Of a stretch of DNA of 64,000 nt, positions 47,763 through 59,323 are shown piece after piece. Location: NCBI GenBank assembly GCA_040954595.2, contig CM082598.2, forward strand, positions 7,951,097 to 8,015,096. The letters run 5' to 3'. The DNA comes from Balanoglossus misakiensis (taxonomy: Eukaryota > Animalia > Hemichordata). The notes under the pieces were generated by a model. It worked only from the letters and a program-made list of their open reading frames with translations, was not told the DNA's origin and ran no database searches. How positions within the stretch are numbered: the first letter of the stretch is position 1; the number at the start of each line of letters is the position of its first letter. The position numbers were made by a program, and so were the translations under genes.

Positions 47763-50333
47763 TTGATAAAATTGTCATCAACTTCTTGGTTATCGGTAAT
47801 ATTAAACCCCAAACTAAATATATTTGTTTGTGAATTCTAAATTGTATTTCAAAATTAACATACCTTATAGCTCTCTTCGGTTCGCTGGAGCCGGATTGTT
47901 CTGAACTTTGCGGAATGGTATTCCCACATATCTAAAAAAAAAATAATGAAATGACATCAAGGATGATAAATAACAAATTTCATTATTTCAAATAAAGTGG
48001 TATCATACCACAGGTCTGTTTCTTCGTTTTCATGTAAGCTTACTTGCAAATTGAATATTAATAGCGGTGTAAATTTTCCAGGTCTGAGACAGTAAATTGT
48101 ACTAGTTTACTGGTTATACATGTAATGAAGAATTACAGGCCCACCATTATAATCACAACTTGAAGCTGTCTAAGAGAGCGATCATTATTTAGGGCCTGAA
48201 GAGGTGTTTGAGGAATTTCACCAGGCACATATGCATGCCAAACCAGGCCTGTTGCTGGATTATAACCAAAGGTGTAAACTTACCCGCCTTATTGGTCAAT
48301 ACACTGAGAAACATAGACAAATATGAGATGTTTATTGGAGGGCCAACTATATATATCAGGGGCATATACTTCGCCATAATATTACTCACTGTCTTAGCCC
48401 TATGTAACGCCTGGAACACACAGACCTGTACGCAGGGCTATAACTGTATATACTACTACAGAGTTTTACTCACATGCATGCAGATTTTTACCTGGAATTG
48501 TGTGTGGACGGCGTCTAATGTTTCCGTCAATAAACACATTCTACACTATACTCACAAGGTAAAACCTCGAGCTACGATTCTGCATCTGCGTTTGGGTTTA
48601 GTCGTGTATCACATCATATCGTGGCTGATTGCTTGGACCATGACTCCTTGATTCATCTCGATATGACTCGAGTGGAATCCACAATAAATCAATATAAATA
48701 TTACTTCTGGTCGATGCACCGACACTCGCTCGAGTCTCCTGGCGCTCGAGTGTTTTTTTTTGACAGGCCAAAGGTCAACCCTGTTGAGGGCGTGCTCCGG
48801 TTATCATAATACTATACTATAAAACTAATTTTCAAGTTGAAAATGAATTTCGGACGGGAACGTGGGCCTGCACTGGTCGATACCACATTATTTATGGGAC
48901 TGTCAATACCGACAACTTAGTTTAACATGTGTGTCTGCAAAATAGTCCGAGTAAGGCTACAAAGTGAAACGAACTGCACCACACAGTCACTGCAGCTTGT
49001 TCAACGCCAGAAAATTAAAATACAGAAAACTTGGTGTGTTTTCGTTTGGATATTCTAAGACTGGAAAACATATCGCTCGAGGGCACTCGCTGAGCTCCGT
49101 CATCATTCAGTGTATGTGAAAAATAGCCCTAAAGTGTAGACAGTGACACTATAAAAATAATGGCGGCAGCACAGCGAAAGCCAATAATAAATATTTCCAA
49201 ACGTGGTTAGCAGAAAAGTGAATTTCGCTCATTTGTCAAGTACGCGAGAATACTAATGCGAGAATATTCGTAAAATTGAAAGTCTTGTCACTTCTCTTTA
49301 CAAGTTGCTGGTTGTTTATTCTCCTTTGTAAGCATTTTTTCGATCGCTAATAAATTGCATGGGGTTAAAACGTGCTTGGTTTTGAAATTCAAGGCCGTGA
49401 GCTTAGTCGATCATAATAAAATAAAAACTACCGAGGCAACAATTTTCCGTTGTCCCCATGGGTGAACATATTCAATGGAGTTTATCTCGAAATTGAGCGC
49501 GTTGGCTATTCCATTGTTTTCTACCATTCAATTTGAATTCATTTGACTGAGCTATGGGTAGACCTAAACGTTCATGAAAATGACAATAGCAGACGAGACG
49601 CGGGTTTTCCAGCAATCCTATGGGAAAAGACAAATTGAAAGCGCTTGTACAGATTGTAATTTATACTCGGTTGGCTGCTGTCTTCCACGTGGTTCTATTC
49701 ATGGTGTACGGTGTGAGCATAACCTAAAACGAAGGAAACCGAAGGAAACCGAAGGACACTGATTTATCCATATTTTAGTGCGAAGGACACGGTTTTCTGT
49801 GTGCTGGAGGCCGAAGGACTGGTTTAGCTTCGAATTAAACGCCGAAGGACGGGTGTAGCTCCGTAATTTTGGCCGAAGGAAAGCGAAGGACGCTGATTTA
49901 TGCATATTTTAGTGCGAAGGACGTGGTTTTCTGTATGCTGGTGGCCGAAGGACTGGTCTAGTTCGGTAATTAAAGCTTAAGGACGGGTGTAGCTCCGTAA
50001 TTTTTGCCGAAGGAAAGCGAAGGACACTGATTTATCCATATTTTAGTGCGAAGGACACGGTTTTCTGTATGCTGGTGGCCGAAGGACTGGTTTAGCTTCG
50101 AATTAAACGCCGAAGGACGGGTGTAGCTCCGTAATTTTGGCCGAAGGAAAGCGAAGGACGCTGATTTATGCATATTTTAGTGCGAAGGACACGGTTTTCT
50201 GTATGCTGGGGGCCGAAGGACAGGTTTAGCTCAGTAATTAAAGCCGAAGGACAGGTGTAGCTACGTAATTTAGGCCGAAGGAAAGCGAAGGACGCTCATA
50301 TCTCCATATTTTAGGGCGAAGGAAAGCCAGTAA

Positions 50334-51233
50334 GGTGCGGAATTGTGTTTTATCGTTTTTAGAAAGTTTAGCTACAAGTTTAGAAAGCTAAATTAGCTGT
50401 AGCTAAATAGTTCTAAACTATCTAAGTTTTAAGGATAATTATCACTACGATAACTATCGCTTTCTAAATATCGTTCTAAATTTATAAATTAGCCACGGTT
50501 TAGAAAGCTCCCCCCCCCCCGACTAAAATTTTCTGCCGACGATATATCGGATATTTACGATAATTATCGTCTTCTAACTATCGTTCTAAACTTTCTAAAT
50601 TAGCCGAAGTTTAAAAAGCCCCCCCCCCCCCTCCGACTAAAATTTTCTGCCGACGATATAAGTGCTGTATTTCCATTCCAATATTTGCGGAATTTTCATA
50701 TATGATTTCAATTGGTGCATTTCAATTTCAATATTTGCGGACGGGAGAATGTTGGGAATCGTTTATTGCCCAAATCAAGCCTTACCTCAAAACTCCTCTC
50801 AGTTTATTGAGATATGGGCTTCGTTTGCATGACACCATTGTTCTGTGCAACGACTGAAGTCTCAGGTTAATTAATGTCTTAACACCATTGTTCTACCATT
50901 ATGAGGTGTTGTAAAATGTCAGAGTTAGAACTTCGGCTATATACTGTTAAAATAAAACAAAGATCACATTTGACTTCCCACCGAAGTACTGGCCATCCCG
51001 TCTCTCTCTTCATTGCGAGCCTACTTCCAAAGTGTACGCCATACATTTGTAAACGCCAAAGCAGTCCTACTTTCTAAACTGCTGCTAGTTTAAGAAGTTT
51101 AGAACGATATTTAGAAAGTGATAATTATCTTGAAAAAAGCCGTGTTTATCATTATTAGCTTAAATATCATAAATCAGCTTCCTTAATACATGTAGTTTAG
51201 AAATGCCCCTTCAATAAGACACAATTCCGCACC
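50334..51233. mobile_element. PIF/Harbinger-like MITE nested in the foldback element
   Basis: TAA|GGTGCGGAATTGTGTTTTAT...ATAAGACACAATTCCGCACC|TAA, with a 3-bp TAA TSD. Confidence 0.8.
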
Positions 51234-51359
51234 TAACTCAGGAAAGCGAAGGACAGTGATTTCTCCATATTTTAGGGAGAAGGACATCAGTATCCATCTC
51301 TCTGTATCTCGAAACTAGGATATCAATAGTGTGATCTTGCGTTGAGATCGTTTTTTGTC

Positions 51360-51545
51360 AGTTGTTTTTCATTTCCAGTTCATGGAACGTAATGTCGGCT
51401 ATTGCCGGTGAAGCATTTGAGCCCACGGTACAACTGCATGTTTGCTTGTAGAATTTGTTGTTTAATTCAAAAGTATTGTTACGTAGAATTAGTGATAGCA
51501 TTTCCATGAGGTATGTATGTTTGTTTAGATTTGTTTCGTGTAAAC
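51360..51545 (-). pseudogene. Penelope-like reverse transcriptase fragment
   Basis: YLMEMLSLILRNNTFELNNKFYKQTCSCTVGSNASPAIADITFHELE resembles the PLE RT motif L.L.NN.F.FN...Y.Q..G..MG...SP..A.I....LE. Confidence 0.7.
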
Positions 51546-52339
51546 ATGACACTCTACTTAAGATCTCGACACTGATATCAGTAACTCTGGTCAGACGTGT
51601 ACTAGCTGACGCCAAGTCTCTGATAATCGTGAGAGAATCGTGTCCTTCGCCCTAAATATGGAAATATGACTGTCCTTCCTTTTCCTTCGCCCTAAAATGT
51701 GGGTAAATCAGAGTCCTTCGCTGTCCTTCGGCCTTTTATACGAAGCTAAACCAGTCCTTCGGCCTCCAGCATACAGAAAACCGTGTCCTTCGCACTAAAA
51801 TATGGATAAATCAGTGTCCTTCGCTTTCCTTCGGTTTCCTTCGTTTTAGTCTCACCCTACGGTGTGCCTCAATACTTTCTTTTCCATTCGACGCTAATGT
51901 TTAGACCATGTAATTAGTTCTACTGTATGGAGATAGTCAATTATAGAGGCCCTGGTCTGCCTTTAGGGTTCATGTAAATCTTGACATTCTCATGATATCA
52001 ATTGGTCCGATTTTCTGCTTTGAACCATGTATTGTTTTGCCTTTGCTGCACTCAATGTCCAATACGCCCGGCTGCCATTATTCCAACACGTAGGCCTAAC
52101 TCAAGCAGAAAACATAGCAAATTGTCGCAATGAAAAACCCTGCCGTTCTTTCTATACAACCTACTTGCTTATGGATTCTCTTGGAACAAGACGGATATGT
52201 CATGCACAACGCGAACCAGAACATATAATACAGGGCCCTGGCAGCTACATAAGGGAAGTTGCACGCAAACACAAGGAAAAATAATTAACAATATATATTA
52301 TACTTACTTCAATCCTTTGGCCGAGCAATACTACCGAAG

Positions 52340-52770
52340 AAAAACTAATATTGAAACTATAACTAAGAAACTAACTAACTAACTTACTAACTAACTTACT
52401 ACTAAGCAACTAACTATCAAACTAACTTACTAACTACTAAGTAACTAACTATCTAACTAACTTATCAACCAACTAAAAATACTAATACTATAACTAATCT
52501 GAAATAAGAAAATATCCTAAATAAAAATCTAATAATAAACGGAACTAATATAATAAAATAAATCTATCTAACTAACTGACTAAGAAATCTGAAAGAAATG
52601 CGACTGTAAACGATAACTGAATGAAAAAAAAATTCTATATCTAAATGAAAAAAAAAATTCTATATCTAACTAATATTGATCTAAACTATGAAGTATGATA
52701 ATGAAAATGAACTGGGAAATGCAATAAAACTAAACTAAGAACTAATAAATCGAGAAAAAATCTAAAGCTA
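52340..52770. repeat. A-rich low-complexity / (TAAC)n simple repeat
   Basis: Degenerate CTAA/TAAC runs, plus a short duplication of AAATGAAAAAAAAATTCTATATCT. Confidence 0.8.
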
Positions 52771-53419
52771 GGGAATGGTTGCGGAACGAATATGAATGCG
52801 TGTAGACAGAAGGAAGAACGATAAACGAACTGAACATAAACGACAAGGTTTTATTGTTATGCAAATACCTTGAGCGATATGCTAAATAGACAGAAGTGAA
52901 AATGACATCGTAAGGAGGTGTAAAGGATAAAACAACAGGTGAAGCAAACAGAATACAGTTGTTGGTAGCATGCAGAGTGAGCTGTCAAAAAAAAAACTCA
53001 CCAATCAGGAACAGCCTTCCAAGATTGCGTAGTTATGCAGCACTCTTTCGTAAAGTTATTTTTGATTGGTCAAATTCTTATACAACCATGCATATAAACA
53101 ATCAAATTTGCATGGATGCACTGACATCAATGAGATGCCTTTCAAAGCGTCACACTTTGTCAAATTACGCATGTTGCGCATGCTCCTGACACGCTCTGCC
53201 TTAGACAACTTAGACAATATTATCCAAAAAACAAATAAGAGACAAAATCATCTGATAAGGCAAAAGAAATGAAATGCTTCTGATCAGCGCCCGCGTCACT
53301 TGAATAACAGCGCGTCGCCCCTTTTTTCTGGTTTTTGGTGACGGCAACGGCAAACTCGAACTGTTTCAGCTATATTATTACCGCTGGTATCTCATGGGTT
53401 GTTCATGCATCGGGGAATC

Positions 53420-53891
53420 TGTAGCGATAAGGTAACGGGCTCTGACGAGAACAGTGATCCACGGAGACACGTATCTGATTCACGTTCATTTATTGTCGAG
53501 AATTAATAAAGTACATCAAATACGCCCAGTAAAGTATATGAGGAAGGGAACGAACTCAGTAGCCTGAGGTACTCCCATCTCTCGTTAGATTATTCTCCTC
53601 CCAACTTTAGAAACAAGGTTCTCTTATAATTACTTTTCTCAAGGCGTGGTTAACCATGTAAAATATCACAAATACAATGTGTTACAATCTCATTGGGCAT
53701 CAATTCAACTCTATACGTACCAATTTACAAGTCAGTTCGGTGATGATTGACAACCAGAACAGTCAGTTAAACACCCGCTCTCCCTATCTACTTCAAATAC
53801 ATAAAATCAAATACTATCAAACATAGACATTCCCGAGCTCTGGATTAATTGACCCTTGACATCGTATTTGACCTTTATACAGATCGTAACA
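53420..53891 (-). mobile_element. Possible solo LTR (472 bp)
   Basis: Minus strand starts TGTTACGA and ends TCGCTACA, with AATAAA ~70 nt before the 3' end. Flanks GAATC / ATATC are only a partial TSD match. Confidence 0.5.
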
Positions 53892-55939
53892 ATATCTATA
53901 AAACACTGGACACTTAGGGGCGGGTGATCAGTGACTGCATGAACAGTATACATGTGACTATATTGATATAACTATACAACTGACTTGAATGGGGAAAAAA
54001 TAAATGAAATTGCGTCACCACACAATTTCTGGAATTAGAAACAGCAGATACACAAAGCAAAATTACTAAAAGTGAAAAGTTTGAACTATATAAACGAGGG
54101 GAAAACGTGTTGTTCATTGCTTGTGTGCCTTCGAGTAAGATGATTATTGTGTACATGTTACCAAAATGTTTTCATGATTTTCTAGAAATATAGAAATGAA
54201 TACAATTGACTTATTTTGTCAAGTTTTCCTTGCAAACACCATTGTCATTGAATGTGTACGTACATGCGTAAACACACCACTGCTTTAAAACAAAGAGGTG
54301 AAGGGTCACGTACTTACTGCGTTGTATTGAATTGAGCGGACAAATTCTTTTGGTTTTCATGCATTCTTTCAAAGCTTTCCCGAGTAGCCTGCATAGTGCG
54401 CCCTCTTGTGGTGGCTTGTCTTCCGGGAATCGGTCCATCGACCCGATAGAAACAAATCATCGAAGAGTTCCATCACTCTCGTTACGAAGAAACAAAATTC
54501 GCTATCGTTCCCGTTGTTAGATAAACGTTTTAAGTGTTTCGCCATTTGGTGAAACACGTTATAGGAAAATGTAATTTAAGAATAGTATTTCCATTTCGAC
54601 ATAACCTGATTGGAACGAGCAATTTGTTTGAAACGTTCCGTAGGGCTAATGGAGTGTTCAGATTTTACTTCCAGGCCCAAGCCCCAGAGAGGAAGAAAAA
54701 GCGCTCCTAGACGTGTATGACATTATTACACTCTGTACTTTTTGTAACCTGTGGGAAGGTTACAACAGCCACGCTGAGCAAGCCAGATTTCCAACGGCCA
54801 GACTAGCCGCATATAACAACAATGCTTTATTAGGCCTATTTTTCAAGGCCACCGCTTCATATTCAGAAAATAGACTTACAGTAACATTCTCTGTCAATCG
54901 TTTACTCAGATTTTACAGAGAAAGAAGTTAACAGAACCAAATAAAATCAACTCGAATTTTTATTTCCAGCTTCTTGCACCACCCAGACATAGCCCAACCT
55001 ATATGAAAACAAAATGTACTAGTAATTGATGTGGCCCAATTATTTCTGCCTAAATTGTTCATGATGTACGCTTGGAGAGGGAGTCCGTGATGAGGAAATC
55101 AATACGGTACAATTCCAAATTTATCTAGATTCGGGTTTGTGGAGTACCGGGTTGGGAGATAATTTAAAACGTTATTAAATTTACATTGCAAAAGGAAATG
55201 GTTCTCGTTTTCGGTACTGCCGTCATTGCAAATACAAAATCTATTCTCTCGTGGAAGTTTATCTTGTCTTTCTTGTTTATTGATACCATACGGAAGAAAG
55301 AAAGTGAGTATTTAAATATAGGTTTCATAGGGGTCAAAAGGTAGAGTTCCAGTGACAGAGAAGATTTGGTGTCAAGTCTACTTGAACAAACGTACCCGCG
55401 TAAGGTAACCACAATCTTTCAATGATTCTGTGAAAAGCTATTAAGTTTTGGTGCAACATTTTTTGAGATTGCTGAGCCAGAGTATGCATGATGTCGTCAC
55501 AGACAAAGAAATAACTTTTACCCAAAAAGCGGGTTCTACGACGTAGCCTACATTGGAGACTCGAGGTTGTGCAAAACTATTGAACTTTGGACAATAATTA
55601 TAATCTGACGTTTACTCTGAAATTTGGTTATAATATATGGTTTCGGCACCCCCTCCCCCGAAAAAAAAAATAAAATAAAATAAAACAAACAAACACAATG
55701 AACCTCACGAAAAAAAATTAAAATCTGATATTGTTGAATTGGCAAGCTGGACCAAGTACGTTCCAATTGAAGTGCCAATCGTCATAACCTTTTTCACGGA
55801 AATTAACAGTAGTTTATTTCCGTACCGTCTCAGGAAAGAAAATTAATTGAAATGTTATTTCACAAAAACTTGAGTTTATATTGAAAAATTAAACTATTAT
55901 ATACAATTGTTCTATTTCATAGCAAATACTTATCAACCC

Positions 55940-56216
55940 AATATTTTCCGGAGTCTACAGGTAGTTTCTGGTTCGTAAAATAACAAATTAATACCATTTT
56001 CGCATGTGCAGATGTCAACATGTATTGAGGTATCACAGGGCAATCGCTTGCGCGTCACGCAACTCGTCGCCCGAAAATCTGACATGACGGATTTCGAGGC
56101 GACGTTGCCAGACACGTTCCAGCGACGCGACTACATCATACACACGAGGCAACTCAACGAGCAACTCCGGGTTGCCTGCCGAGTTGTCTGCCGAGTTGCC
56201 TCGTGTAAATCGGCCT
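55940..56216. mobile_element. Right end of a Harbinger-like MITE; related sequence at ~33705-33870
   Basis: Ends GTTGCCTCGTGTAAATCGGCCT, with the internal inverted copy ACACGAGGCAACTC. ATATTTTCCGGAGTCTACAG is shared with the region near 33705. Confidence 0.45.
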
Positions 56217-58143
56217 GTAGATTCTGTAGATCGACGGTTTGTTCTAAAATATCCATGGTTGCTGCCAAACGCCGTCTCGTTATTTGCATATTCAGTTGTG
56301 ATGCGTAGAACACACTGGCCCGAGCGAATAAGAAAGTTTTCCGGTAGACTCTGTAGATCGACGGTTTGTTCTAAAATATCCATGGTTGCTTCCAAACGCT
56401 GTCTTGTTATTTGCATATTCAGTTTTGATGTGTAGTACACACAGGTCCGAGCGAATAAGACAGTTTTCCGGTAGACTCTGTAGATCGACGGTTTGTTCTA
56501 AAATATCCATGGCTGCTTCCAAACACCGTCTCGTTATTTGCATATTCCGTTGTGATATGTAGAACACACTGGCCCGAGCGAATAAGAAAGTTTTCCGGTA
56601 GACTCTGTAGATTGACTGTTTGTTCTAAAATATCCATGGTTGCTTCCAAACGCTGTCTTGTTATTTGCATATTCAGTTGTGATGCGTAGAACACACTGGC
56701 CCGAGCGAATACGAAAGTTTTCCGGTAGACTCTGTAGATCGACTGTTTGTTCTAAAATATCCATGGTTGCTTCCAAACGCTGTCTTGTTATTTGCATATT
56801 CAGTTGTGATGCGTAGAACACACTGGCCCGAGCGAATAAGAAAGTTCTCCGGTAGACTCTGTAGATCGACTGTTTGTTCTAAAATATCCATGGTTGCTTC
56901 CAAACGCTGTCTTGTTATTTGCATATTCAGTTGTGATGTGTAGAACACTGCACTGGCCCAAGCGAATAAGAAAGTTTTCCGGTAGACTCTGTAGATTGAC
57001 TGTTTGTTCTAAAATATCCATGGTTGCTTCCAAACGCTGTCTTGTTATTTGCATATTCAGTTGTGATGCGTAGAACACACTGGCCCGAGCGAATAAGAAA
57101 GTTTTCCGGTAGACTCTGTAGATCGACTGTTTGTTCTAAAATATCCATGGTTGCTTCCAAACGCTGTCTTGTTATTTGCATATTCAGTTTTGATGTGTAG
57201 TACACACAGGTCCGAGCGAATAAGACAGTTTTCCGGTAGACTCTGTAGATCGACGGTTTGTTCTAAAATATCCATGGCTGCTTCCAAACACCGTCTCGTT
57301 ATTTGCATATTCCGTTGTGATATGTAGAACACACTGGCCCGAGCGAATAAGAAAGTTTTCCGGTAGACTCTGTAGATTGACTGTTTGTTCTAAAATATCC
57401 ATGGTTGCTTCCAAACGCTGTCTTGTTATTTGCATATTCAGTTGTGATGCGTAGAACACACTGGCCCGAGCGAATACGAAAGTTTTCCGGTAGACTCTGT
57501 AGATCGACTGTTTGTTCTAAAATATCCATGGTTGCTTCCAAACGCTGTCTTGTTATTTGCATATTCAGTTGTGATGCGTAGAACACACTGGCCCGAGCGA
57601 ATAAGAAAGTTCTCCGGTAGACTCTGTAGATCGACTGTTTGTTCTAAAATATCCATGGTTGCTTCCAAACGCTGTCTTGTTATTTGCATATTCAGTTGTG
57701 ATGTGTAGAACACTGCACTGGCCCAAGCGAATAAGAAAGTTTTCCGGTAGACTCTGTAGATTGACTGTTTGTTCTAAAATATCCATGGTTGCTTCCAAAC
57801 GCTGTCTTGTTATTTGCATATTCAGTTGTGATGCGTAGAACACACTGGCCCGAGCGAATAAGAAAGTTTTCCGGTAGACTCTGTAGATCGACTGTTTGTT
57901 CTAAAATATCCATGGTTGCTTCCAAACGCTGTCTTGTTATTTGCATATTCAGTTGTGATGCGTAGAACACACTGGCCCGAGCGAATAAGAAAGTTCTCCG
58001 GTAGACTCTGTAGATCGACGGTTTGTTCTAAAATATCCATGGTTGCTTCCAAACACCGTCTCGTTATTTGCATATTCCGTTGTGATGCGTAGAACACACT
58101 GGCCCGAGCGAATAAGAAAGTTCTCCGGTAGACTATGTAGATC
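56217..58143. repeat. Satellite array: ~15 monomers of 127 bp with a 765-bp (6-mer) higher-order repeat
   Basis: Monomer GTAGACTCTGTAGATCGAC...GAATAAGAAAGTTTTCCG. Diagnostic variants recur exactly 765 bp apart (TTTTGATGTGTAGTAC at ~56423/57188; 3-nt-longer monomer with CTGCACTGGCCCAAG at ~56948/57713). Confidence 0.96.
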
Positions 58144-59323
58144 AGGGGGGGGGGGGGTTGTGCACGAGAGGGCGCTGTTGCGTTGATCGAGGGCAATGAC
58201 CGTTAGTTGCTGGCGATGCGTCAGAGTGAAAACTTCCGGTTACAGTCGTACAGTGTACCTAAAAACGTGAAAAACGAGAAACTATGTTGCAGCAACTGAA
58301 AGTGCGGATTCCAAATCGAGTTAGATAACGCTCTTGAGGGAGATGGCAGTTCGGGCTCTACGATAACCATAAACAGTTTGAAAAGTGTCCAGACTATCGA
58401 AATTTTAGCAAAAATTAGTGTTGTGGTGTATGTTGTGAAGTCAGAACTGGCAGACGGTAACGATCGAGTACGCACCAGCGTCCTTTTAAAAAAACAATTT
58501 TTGCCGGACTTCGAAAATATTTCCTTGCTGGTCAGGATAAATGCTCAGCATTTCCAATGGATAGATGTAATTTGAACAAAAACGTATACCGTAGATATCG
58601 CGAGGTACATTTTCTTACTGTAATGGATCGGTAATAATGATATACATTGTTTCCTTTTCAAAGTGTGAATTATGGATGAATTGGCAGATAAAAATAATGT
58701 TGACAGAAAAAAATTGCTGAATAAGTATATGTCAAGCACAGTGTTGCCTGTAGAAGCTTACACCCAATAACAATACTGACAAAATGCCCCTTGATTTTCA
58801 TATAGAATCACTTTGATGAAGACAAGGACGACAAGATCCCTTTCATTGCAATGTATACAATTGTTGAAGACCCTACACTTGACGATGAAGATATTGAAGT
58901 TGAAGAGTAGACTAGCCCACTAGTCGCTTGGGGATTTTTAAATCTCAATACTTTTTGTGTTTTCGGTGGTTTGTTGCCTTAATAAATAATTTCAATACTT
59001 TTTGCGTGCATGCTTGCCTTTAGCGTGTTTTTGGTAGTGAGGCGAATTTCGAATTTGCGACTGAGCTTGTGGTTTCGGGTAGCGTCGACCAAGCGACTAG
59101 TACACCTTGCAAAATCTACAAACGCTCAGGCCGTTTGTTGACATAGTCGAGAATGATTGACAGGGGCCTCGATCCCGTGCACCAATGAGAAGAAAAGACA
59201 TGACATACTAATTTGCATTTTGTGTGTGTATGATGTCATGATTGTTTACGGAGCAGTGCAGTGTTAGAGCAGCTATACACTACTTCCCTTCTAGTTTCAC
59301 AAAGATTTCACTGAGTTTAAACC

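Larger units (their letters stand above)
49716..51857. mobile_element. Foldback/Mutator-like non-autonomous element with modular TIRs and 9-bp TSD
   Basis: TACGGTGTG occurs at 49707-49715 and 51858-51866. CTAAAACGAAGGAAACCGAAGGAAA... at the left is inverted at 51700-51849. The left arm is an array of ~134-bp units rich in CGAAGGA (49754-50325). Confidence 0.78.

Noticed and set aside
49737-50325. Regularly spaced CGAAGGA motifs resembling a repeat-spacer array
   Set aside because: The intervening sequences themselves repeat with a 134/268-bp period, so this is a modular TIR.
56217-58143. Possible CRISPR-like array
   Set aside because: Monomers are contiguous with no unique spacers, there are no cas genes, and the context is eukaryotic.
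56033-58196. Series of 91-135 aa minus-strand ORFs with near-identical sequence
   Set aside because: By-product of the 127-bp satellite. The period is not a multiple of 3 and no domain is recognisable.
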